Made by a program: the position numbers and the translations under genes. This document shows positions 33,092 to 45,100 of a stretch of 64,000 nt of DNA, piece after piece (within the stretch, counting starts at the first letter, position 1; each line of letters begins with the position of its first letter). This DNA is from Octopus vulgaris (Eukaryota). The notes beneath the pieces were generated by a model. The model saw only the letters and a program-made list of their open reading frames with translations, searched no databases and had not been told where the DNA came from. Location of the stretch: positions 104,904,001 to 104,968,000 of the forward strand of contig OX597817.1 in the NCBI GenBank assembly GCA_951406725.2. Reading direction: 5' to 3'.

Positions 33092-36000
33092 ATAAATTTT
33101 ACTTAGCTACTTATACATACAAAAAAAAATTGTCATGAGAACACACACCTTCACTCAGTGACTGACTTTTCCTCTCTCCCTCATACACACACAACAACAC
33201 ACACCTTCTCTCTCTCTTTCTCACATACACACGCTTTAAATTTATTATTCAATTTTCAATAGGGTAAAATTATTAATTGACCCATTATTAATTAACATAA
33301 TAGCATAGCCTGGATAAAATATAGATTACATGGAAAAATGCGAGCAAGAGAAATAATATTCTTAAGATTATAAACCTGGAAAATTACAGGTCAAGTTACT
33401 ATGCTTGGAAAAGTTCAGGACAACTTATTATATCTGGCAAAGTAAAGAACAAGAAAATTTTTACTTAAAATATTGAAGCTAAGGATAAAATGTGAATATC
33501 AAAAACTATTGGATTTTAATTTACAAAGTAACATTATAATTAAAAAAGGTACCATCATTTTGTGAAAATATTGACACTAGAATACTTAAGAAATGAGACC
33601 CAGAAGTATCAATAAAGCTAAAGTTTTAAGCAAAGTAGAATTGTATATATGTTAGGCAAATTCATTACGTAAAGAATAGGCAATGGGTCAAGACTAAAAA
33701 TGTGAAGAATTGGCAATAACTCAAGCAAATTTTATTGTGAATTTGTTGTTATAGGTAGATTTTACTGTAATATATAACTAATTTTTGTATTATTCTATTT
33801 ATTGTACTAATTATGTACTACTATTATTCTTTATAACTTATTTTTAAATTTCTAATTATTAATTAATAATTAAAAGAATTAATTTTTTTAAAGTGCAAGT
33901 AATAATTAAAAAAATTAATTTTTTTTAAAGTGCAAGTAATAACAAATAGAAGTATTAACTTGTAATAAAATTTTTAGTTTTAATAAAAGCTAATATTTTC
34001 TAAATCTAAATATTTTATTTGAAATTTTATCCTTAGCTGCAATGTATATATATAGACACACACACATACATATATATACATACACACACACATACCTTTT
34101 ACTCCTGTCTCTGATTTCTTTTTCTCTTATTCTGTGTATGTGTAGCAGTCGTCTTTTATTCTAGGCTTGCCACCAAGTCTAGAATGTGTGCTAATCCTAT
34201 TCGTCTTACGTTCACTCTCTCTGAAACTACTTTTTTAGTCTCTCAATATGATGTAAATATGACTGGAGAATTAACCAACCAACCAACCAATATTTCTATC
34301 ACCTATTATTATTATGGAGAGATTTTCAGGCTTTTACTATAGTAGAAAAGATTATTATGCAGAGATTTAATCTTTACATTTTATTTACATTCTAATTAAA
34401 ATGCATAAAAACAAGTATTTCATTCTATGTTTACACTCAGAAAATAAAGGAACCTCAGCTTTTATCTTTCACTTGTTTTAGTTCTTAGACTATGGCCATG
34501 CTGCCTTGAAGAATTTTCAGCTAAATAAATTGACCTAAGTACTTTTTTTTAGTCTGGTATTTATTTCATTGGTCTCTTTTACCAAACTCTAATTCATGGG
34601 GGATGTAAACACTCAAACACTGGTTGTCAAGATGTAGAGTTGGGGACAAACACGTGTCACACACACATATACAAAAGATATTTCTAAGGTTTCAGAGAAT
34701 CATGTATTTAAATAGTGAAAGCATGATGGTTGGGTCAGTGATGGCACTGCTGTGTACAATGTATAACAACAAATACGTATGCACTAAAGTAAATATGGAT
34801 TTGTTCTGCAGTTATGCATACATTCACAAGTGACAGACTGAATTCACAAATTATCAATGTCACACATGGGTATACTAACTGCACCTGTTGCATTGCCATT
34901 TGTAGACTCCAGATCCAAATGAACTGCAGGTTCTGAGTTAGGTGAAGCATAAACAATAGCAACAGATGCTAGTACCAGATGACTCAGCAAACAGCTGAGT
35001 CAACTAGTACTAAGTGCTTGTTCCTGAGAAGTTCTAATTATTAATTCTTACCTGTATTCACCTGATGAAAATGACTATTTTTTGCATGTTCATAAAAAAA
35101 AGAAAGAAAAAACACGTATGAAACAGATGTAGTGAACCACAATCTATCTGTTGATACACAGGGTTGGCCAAAAGTCACCTGGCAGTAAATCAAAATCATT
35201 TAATTCCAAGATTTACTCATATTTAACAACTGAATGAATTTAATAAAAGCAACTAAATATGAAACATCATGAAAATTGCTCAAACTGGTGTTAGTTCAGC
35301 ACAAAGGAGCAACAAAATAAGTACTAGACTCCAAAGAAAAAAATATACTGGAGTTGATTCACTGGACTAAAACCCTTCAAGGTGGTGTCCCAGTATGGCC
35401 ACAATGACTGAAACAAGACAAAAGATACACTCAACCTCAATATTCTCTTTCCCTAGAACCATTTGCTGTTAACGTCAGTCACTTACTCCTACCAATGTCC
35501 CCCTCCAACTCTATTTCCATCACTTTCTCCGCAATCAGTTTTATATCATCATACTCTCACAACCGTCACCTACCTATTCTGGTTCTTCTGTCATCTTTCA
35601 CTTTTTCATTCCCCTTGAGAGGACAAGCATTTATAGTATTGAGGGCTCTCTAGTCTCACTAAATACAAGGCAACCTCACTAATGCTGGTGCCATGACAAA
35701 ATGCTTTCAGTACACTCTGTAAACTGTTTCATGAATGAGTGGAAACACATAAGGTGGAGAAGATCCTTTTATCTTGTCCAAAGACATGGCAATTTCTTTG
35801 GTGCTAGTTCCAAAAGCAAAATCCTTCCACCACCCTGAACTCTGTAAAGTAGATGGTGATAGGAAGGGCCTTCAATCATAGAAACTAAGCCAAAATTGAA
35901 TTTTTAGATTTATTTCACTAGCTGTATATAAAATTATGAAAAACATTGCATTAAAAAAGATATGATACACTATTTACAAAGAAAATAAAAAGTTCTCAGG

Positions 36001-39000
36001 AATGGAATTAAGTAGTTCATAATTGAGAAAGATTATAGTAGAAAACTACCATCCTTCTCATGTTGGCCTGTAAGAGGAGCACTTTATGCAAGTCATTGAA
36101 ATGTAGGAGTAAAATATAAATCCTCTGACGTGTCTAGGTGGGTCATAGTTCTAAATAACACAGACCATAATTCCAACCCCTGTGTCACCACAGAAAGATA
36201 AAGTGATGATGAGAAACAAATAAAACACAAAGAGAAAAGACACTGTATTTGAAAAAAAAATACAAAAAACGAAACAAAAATAACCTCATTTTATTATTAC
36301 AAATCTGTGACATTTTTTCATTCAAGAGATGAATTTTGACCAACAAAGTAATCTTTCTCTCATATAACAATGTTTCTAATATCCCCTCATTTTCACAACT
36401 GTTTTTGCTGATTATCCGATTCATTTTTCACAAACCTTAATTAACACTCAACACATTCCTTCATAGTTTTCATAGTCCACCTAATTACAATGATACAGAA
36501 TTCTAAAAGTTATATACAAACAGAGCAGTTAGGTTTTTGAATGGAGAGGGATTCCTTTTTTCAACAAAGGGGCAACAAGCTCTAAAATTTTCCAATCATT
36601 TATTACTCTTGTCCAGTAACAACCAAAATATAATTTGTAAACTAAAAACAGTTGTTCACTTCCAAGTTTGTTTGTAAAAAAATGTCTCTTCTCTTTTTTA
36701 CTTTAATTGATCTTTCTTCATTAGTCATTTCATCACGTGTGAAATAAAAATGTTGGTTCCCAGCATATTCACTCCTTAACTCTTTTGATAGCAATGTCTG
36801 AAGCCCATCTTGGTTCTGGTATAAACTTCCTGTTTTAAAGTGATCTAAATTCAAATTTCACATCAAAATTTCAGGTTAATTTGTCCCAAACATCAGCTTA
36901 ATAACAAGGTTATTTTACTATATTCTTCATTATTGAATGAAAAACTATATTTCAACAAAATGTTAAAGACCGAGTCATTTCTCCGATATCATCAGGTTTT
37001 AGGTATTCCAATCAAACTAATATTTCATCATATTCACCCTCAAATCAAAGCGTAATTGAGTTATTTTTCAATGAGAATTACACAATATGCATGTAGGAAC
37101 TTCATTCTGAATTCTTTTGAAATTACTTCATAAAGATGAAGTAAAAGGAGGAAGCTGCAAACAGAACAACTGCGTACACTTTCTATTCAGACTTATATTG
37201 AATGTATTGTTAATTCCAATCCTTTGCATTGACTTTTCATATGCTGCTTGTATAACTATCATTAATCGAAGTTGTTTACATCAGTGCCTCTCATTTTCAA
37301 CAAGGCTACTTTCTCCAAGTTTGTAAAAGTAATGTTGATTATCCATTAAAAATTATTTCTTGTATTAGGTCTCCTATATTTGTTTCACAAGTGGTATATT
37401 TGTAGTCCCATGCTTGCATTTTCCCCACCTTCTATATCTCATATCTATTTCCCTGTTGTTCACTTTGCATGCTAAGTTAAAAAAAAAGTTTTAAATTTCC
37501 AAGAAGGAATAGAAAACTATTACTTACCTTGTTTTATAAATCATACTTGTGCTTGACAAAATTATAACAGATTTCAAATATTGGAATACATTTTCTAGTC
37601 TTAAATTTTATTAAAATCTAGGTGCATTGAAGTACACCAATGTCCTGTGGAAAACCTTTTGAAGACTTCTGGTATAAAGTTTGGAAACTTAGACAACAGC
37701 AGTAGTAGTGTGAGTAGTAGAAATGTGTAGGAGATATGATCTAGAATATTTGTATGTACAGCAACAGCATAGTCTCAAACATGTGAGCAGTACTTTTAAA
37801 GTGCAGCTTACTTGGGCTTTGTAAAAGGATCACAAACTGTTTGTAATTTAGGGTAGTGACTGGCCTCTCTGGTTTTCTGAAAGACCAGAGATTATGAAGC
37901 TGTTTAACTGCAGCTATTCACTGATTCTCATGTTTCTCTCGAGCACTGTGCATCTAGAACTACATTATTTAGTATTCCCTTTCCTTTTCAAGAAGGGTTG
38001 TAATTTGGAAGATTTCACAATTTTGAGCAGGTTAAGAGAAAATATTAGGAAACATTGCTCTATCAAGGACACTTTTTTTTATTTAAATGGATTTTTCTAC
38101 AAACCTCAAGATTTTCTAAAGTTTGCTCATTCAATAAATTGAATCTTAACTAACAAACAAAATTGTTTTCTTAATTTAACTCTAAACTGAAAAATATGTA
38201 ATTATCTTATAATGCTGCATTGTAACTCTATGTTACAATGCAGCATTTAAAAATTTTGAACATATCTCACAGGTCTCCACACTAACTTTTATGTATTGCC
38301 AGAAAACTGCAAAATGCCAGGTCCCACCACTGATGATCCTAACCTGGTCTGGACAAAATCAGAAGTAACACTGGAAACCCAAAGCACCTCTATGTGCAAA
38401 TTAATCATTGGAACTGCTTGAAAGTGCAAACTTTCTTGATATCTTTTCTTTTGATGATGCTGTTAGTATGAAAGATTACATAAAAACAGAATGATTAGAT
38501 AAACATTACCAATACCACATACCTAAGCTAGGAGCTGCAGTTTATTGTCCAGGAAAAATGCCTTTAAACATGTTAAAAAACATAATATACTTCAAAGCTA
38601 GGTGAAATGAAATTACCCCAGAAGCAAATATGATAGTGGTAGTTATGTATTTCATGTAATTTCAGCTTATCAATACACCAAACTTAAGTCACTTTCAAAA
38701 TGAAATTGAAATATCCAGCCTGAAGTACATACAGATTGTATAAATATTATTGGTTGATTTGCAATGGCACTGCACAAGTAGAATTCAGATTATGCAACAG
38801 AAACAGCTTTATGATGTAAGCATTAATAACACCACATACTTAGTATATGTATGATGTTTAAACACCAGTTTTTAAAGACAGGAAGTAAACATTTAGCTGA
38901 TTCATCAAATATATTGTTATAAAACATCATTAAAAACAATTTCAATATTTAGCATTAAGTTTGCTTATATTTAACAGGAAAATTTTTTAATGCTAAAAAA

Positions 39001-39934
39001 TAAAGTTCTTGCACATAAAATGCCATTAACTTATGTTCACATTTACTTTCCAGTGTTTAGTTTTGTATAAACTATTCTAAAAATCAAAATAAATCCAATA
39101 TTACAGGTTTTGAATAATGTAAGTGTAATTTGAATTAAAACAAAAGTGATAGAAAGAAAAGTAATTTATAAAGAGTGAAAATCAAATAAATTTTAAAAAC
39201 TGACTAAACAAAAACTAAATTTATTAAAAGAAAATCATCAGAAATAGTTTCCTAAAATAGGCTACAATATTGTTAACAAGAACATACACTGAAGTAAATG
39301 TTTAACATATTTAATGTTGAGAGTACTAACATGCTAACTAGAAATAATTATGTGGTGAGGAAAAAAATAGCCAATGACTAATATTGTTTTCTTATTTTTA
39401 GCAAGTATGGAAAATAATTCAAACATTATTTTATTTACATTTGATGGATATTTGTCCTCATCTTGTTTGTTGTTAACATGTTTCGGCTGATATAACCTCC
39501 AGCCTTCATCAGGTGTCTTGGGGAAATTTCGAAACTGGGTTCTCATTCCTAAGGTATTTTTCAATGTTATTATTATTCAGGTCACTGCCTGGAATCTAAC
39601 TTGGAATCTTGGGGTTAGTAGCCTGCGCTCTTAACCACTATGCCATATGCCAGTGGGCATACGTAAATTAATGTACATAATTCCTCATCTCTTAAATAAA
39701 GAACTGTATAATTCAAACATATTTCAGCATTATTATGACCTCATCAGCAAACATTTCACCATACTTACAGATGCATTAATGAGAGATTCATTAGGTAAAT
39801 TTAAAATACTGTACACTTGCTGGTTTAAAAAAAAAAAAGAATTGGATTAAAAAAATGGTAAGGTTTACACTTGCTGCTAATTTGCAATTAGTATGTTATT
39901 AACACTATAAGATAAATGTCTGATGCTTTATCTT

Positions 39935-40285
39935 ATACTTGTTGCAGTCACTGGACTGAGGTCATGCAGGAGCACTGACTTGAAGGGTTTAGTCAAATAA
40001 ATCAATAACAGTTGTAATTTTATTTGAAGTTTGGTATTAATTCTATCAGCCACTTTTGCCGAAGAGCTAAGTTACAGGGACATAAACAAACCAACAACAG
40101 TTGTCAAGTGGTGGGAAGGGACAAACACAAAGACGCACACATATATCTACACATGATGGGCTTCTTTCAGGTTGCATCTTCTGAATCCATTTACAAAGCT
40201 TTGGTCAGTCAGGGGCTATAGCAGAAGACACTTGCCCAAGGTGCCATGCAGTGGGACTGAACCCAAGGCCATGTCTGTGCCTACA
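39935..40285 (-). mobile_element. SINE copy
   Basis: GAAGACACTTGCCCAAGGTGCCATGCAGTGGGACTGAACCC is the reverse complement of the SINE head. Confidence 0.75.
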
Positions 40286-42051
40286 GGTTGAAAAGGAATT
40301 AAAAATAAAAATTTAGGAAATTTCATTTCACAAAATAAGAATTCAATTTGCTGAGTTATGTTGTTTTCTAATTTTCAATATGAGAGAGATATTTTTGGAT
40401 AGATGATCTTAATTTTTACAAAGACAATTTGAAATAAATCAAACAGAAAATTATATGATGATCAACTGTAATTTGATAAAATTTATTGAATAAAATGTAA
40501 TTGAAGAAGTTGTTTTCTGATGATTCTGAAGAATGTGTAAATCTTTTCATTAAAATCATACATGTAAATTGAAAAGATTTTGAAAGTAATTTTAATTGTG
40601 CAAATAAATACATGGAAGTAAGAGGATAATAAGTAGTAGTAATAGTAGTAATGCTAATAATAAAATATTGATGAAGATAATGATGACTTCTTTATTAGTA
40701 ATAATTTCTTACATTGTTTTAAAGCCTGAGAATTTTAGAGTGGGGAAACTTGTATCATGTATGCCTTTCCCAAAAGCATTAGCAATGTAAATGAAGTGAA
40801 ACAGCCCTGACTAGGATTTAAACCAGGTTATGGATCAATACTAAAAAGCTTACCTCTATGTTATACCACTCAGCCTTTACAAAATAAGAATAACTTCCTA
40901 TGACTGCGAACCAAACCAATGATATATAAATGGAGGATATACAGCCGGAATCAAATTTACACTAGAGATGAGAGGCATAACCAATGCTGATGGGATCTGA
41001 ACAGAGAAACCTAGGACAATGAACTAAACAATTTCTAACATAGGACCAAGGTCAGGAATTGGAGGAGAGACAGTCAATTATATTGACTCAAGTACTTGAT
41101 AGGTACTTTATTTTATTGATCCTGGAGGGATACAAGGCAAAGTTAGTCTCGGTGGGATTTGAACTCAGAATGCGAAAACCCAGAACAAATAACACAAAAC
41201 TTCTGTTTGATGTTCTAATGAATCTAATTAACCCCCTCTACTGAACTAAATAATGTGAAGCACAAAAGTCGACTTCCTTGCAGCTACTAGAGCAATAAAT
41301 GAACCTGGCAGGATTTGAACTCAAAACAAAAAGATACCTAAGTAAATACCACGAGGTATTTTATTCACTGATCTACCAATCCTGATAGTGCTTTATTTCA
41401 AATTGGTCACAGAATACAAATTTGTAGTAGTTGTCCAGGGTATATTCTTACTTAGTGCTATGTAAGTAAATGAAGATACTTAGTATGTTGCTCTACTGCT
41501 TCTGACAACTTAGAAAATAACAAGTGTTATCTTTTGACTGAACACAAGGATAACTTTTGCAAGGGAAAAGAGCTGATTAAATAGAATCCAGTATATTATG
41601 AGTTACTTATTTTGTCAATCCAGTGGGGAGGAAAAGCAAAGTTGATCCTGGTAGGAAAGGAGCTAGGAATTGAAAGAAACAAAACTATATACTGTAAGAC
41701 ATATAGACTATCAACTCAGCTGCCTCCACCATGATGATGATGATGATGCTGATGATAAAGACAAGGATGATGATGATTTCTTTCATTGGCACAAGGCCAC
41801 AAATTTGTAACCCAGCACATAAATAGGTGCATATCAATTTTAGAATCATGAAAGGCTAAGTTGACTCTGATAGGTTTGAACTCAGAATGTAGAGGAGCAG
41901 AACTAAACATATGAAAGCTATTTAGTTTGATATGCCAATCCACCACCTTTATAATGATAACAAAACAACAGCAACAACAAAAACATGATGATGACAAGAA
42001 AGCCAAGTTACCTTCAACCTTTGGGTTTTTTTAAAAAAAAAAAAAGTTAAA

Positions 42052-42057
42052 TTTATT
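42052..42057 (-). terminator. Candidate polyadenylation signal of the AT-hook gene
   Basis: AATAAA about 115 nt after the stop, followed by a T-rich run on the minus strand. Confidence 0.4.
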
Positions 42058-42171
42058 ATTTATGGTTTGATATAAACCATTATAATTACATTAAATGATA
42101 GTTGCATTGGTAATTTTGTCTTATGAGCTGAGAAATGAAAAACAATTATGAATATTGTTTATACTTTATAT

Positions 42172-45100
42172 TTAACTTAATTTTTGTTTAACTATATCTA
42201 TTGTTTTTTTCTGTTGCTCCAATTTGTCTTTAAGACGTTGGATTCGAGCTAATTCAGGGGTGAGTCCCACATTAAACTTATTCAGTAAGGCACTATGGTG
42301 TGTACGAGTAATATTTGCTTCTTGATCAGTTTCGGAATACTTAGGTTGTATTGTGAATGAATTGTCATTTGCTGAAAGATTTACAGGAGAAGGCTGAGAA
42401 AGAGAAAATTTGGGGCTATTTTCAGTATCATCTGGGGAAGTACCACAAGGATGACAGACTTCTGTCACATCACTCGAAGCAAAAGTTTGTTCTAAGTCAT
42501 CTTGAGAATACATAGAAGCCTGGCTTGTTTTAGAAAAAGGTGACATATTTGATTCAGAAAAATTATCACATTCTGTAGAGTCTAAGGATGGTGAAAGTGG
42601 TTGTTGTAAGGATACGGATTTTGAGGGGACCAATTTTATTACATCTGAACTATTATTAACTAAAATGGGTACAGGTGAGCTCGGTGGGAGCTCTGTTACA
42701 TTATCAAAGGTCTTTTTACAATCATGTTTCTTAAATATATTATTTTCTGAGAGAACATCATCATAATCTACTGATGGTTCCTTTATAATTTTGTCCTCAT
42801 CTATATTATCTCTAACACATTCCTTTATCATATTACTGCATGAAAGGAGAGAACCCGTTGTAAGAGGTAATTTTGTTTCATTGGTAATATTTTCTCCATC
42901 TGTGCCACATGGACACTTAAGAACTTGTCGTTCAAGAACATCATTTGAGTGTTTAGAATGAATCTTAGAAGTTTTCTTCCTTTTTTTCCATGCTTTATTT
43001 TGAGCTACGATTTTTCTTTTCTTTCTCAAGCATGGTAATTTGATTTCTTCTGTAGCTTCCATATCTGTTTGTAAATTACTGGAATGATCATCCATGAGTG
43101 ATACTGAATTATGGGAAGGGACCTTAGTATCCATTCCAGTTAGTCTGGTTGTCTGTGTAGATAAACAATATTTACCACGTCGTTTTGAGGATTTTCTTCT
43201 CCTGAAAGATTTTTTTGATGCTTGCAGAATGTTGTGTTTGGCTACTGCAGAAGAATTTTTCAAGAGACTATTATCACAGGGAGGTATTCCAGTCTGATAA
43301 GTATGGTCATAATTTAGAGTCCCAGAAACTGGTCGTACTTTTAATTTTGCTGGACGCCCTCTTTTACGGCCAGGAGGACGAGAAACAGTTGTTGAAGAAT
43401 TATTTAGTGTGGAGAAGTTATTCAAAGAGGTTTGGTATTCATTTATTTTCTGGGTATTAATTAAATCAGTGCAAATGTTTTTTATATCCAGTGTATCTTT
43501 CAATTCAGTTTTACAAGTTACAAAATTTGGATTTGAACTGCAGTTACTCACAGTTGTTGATATAAGTTTTCTGGCAGTCTTAGATTTTATATCAAAACTA
43601 TTTTCAGTAAAGTCGTGATTTTTAAAAGGCTGCCGAGCTATTTTTTTCCAATTGACAGGTTTCTTACAAACACTATTTAACTTTGAAGAACTCAAACTTA
43701 GCCGAACTTTTTTCTTACGTGATGATGCCATATAAATAGCATCAATGATATTTTGAATATTCAATTTCTTTGGGCACTGAAGAACTGGTTTAATATCTTT
43801 TGATATGTTTCCCTGATTTCGAGTGAGTTTCTCTTGGATTTCTATGATCAATGAATTCATTGACCCAGAAGTCTTTACCTTTTGGAGCTTAGCCTTTTTA
43901 TATTTTCTTTTTAACAAACGCTTACCAAACTGAGTTTTTACACATGGTTTCTCTGAAAGCTTGAAAGAACGGTCTTTAGGAGGGCGTCCCCTTTTCTTAG
44001 GAACTTTTTTTTCTTTCTCTGACTTTTTTCGTGTGATTAGCCGGTCATTGGGATCAAGCATAACAACACGATCAGTAGTAGTTGGTTCATTATAAAAAGA
44101 TTTCACTTCTTCTAAAGAAGGAGCATGTTCATAATTAGACTGTTTCTTAATATTTTTCTTAATGGTTAATTTTGACATTACATTATTTGTTAAAGCTGAG
44201 TTAATGGTGTTATTCATAAAACACTCATTTTCTTTTAACAGCTGCATTTTCTCATCAAAAGTTTTCCGTTTTCTCTCAATTTTATTTTTCCCAAACTTTT
44301 TCTTTTTTATGATAATCTCACTTTTTGATGGTAACAGTAACTGTTCAGGACTTTTTGTTAGACAAGAAATATTCCTTTGCTGTGAAATAGTTGTTTTCTC
44401 TAAACCTTCTGCATTTTTATATCCCAAATTCTTTGGATTAGGAACCAATTGATTATTGGAGTTGCCTTTGAGAATTCCATTTTTACAAGCATCATTCTGA
44501 TTCTTTGTAACTGGAATCATATTAGAACTGCAATTCATAGAGAGAAATTTTTCTTTTGGAACTATTTCATATTTTAGTTTACCAATAATGCTGTTTTCAG
44601 TAGAAAATGGTGGTGGTGGTAGTGGTGATGGTGGCAGTGGTGTTATCAAGGCACCAGTATTTGATATTGCTGCTTTGGAACTCAAAGCAGCATTATTTGG
44701 TGCTTTTGAAAATGTGTTCAGTGAATTTGGCACACTTTCATTACCACAATTATTATTGAAAATTGGCAAGCTTTCCTTGTTTATATCTGCATATGAGTTT
44801 GTATAATTTGCTGTTAGTTTGTCATTAGATAATTTAAAATAATTATGTTCTGTATCTACAGTTTGAGAATGAGTATTTAAAGTCTGGGAAGAATTTGGCA
44901 CACCTGGATTGCCATAAAATTGTGGTTTCATCACAGGAGCATGAATAAAGCTTTCACTTCTCAGTTCTGGTTGCTTTAACAAAGAAACATAATTCCCTGA
45001 AAAATGTTTCATTTGAAGAGTATCTGACTGTATAATGTTTTTATCACTAAATTCAGTTGGGTAATCTAAGTTACTGGTGTGTAGAGAAGCTGGTTTTTCA

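Noticed and set aside
36940-37035. Minus-strand C/D box snoRNA (ATGATGA...CTGA)
   Set aside because: Box spacing is too short, and no terminal D box or rRNA guide was recognised.
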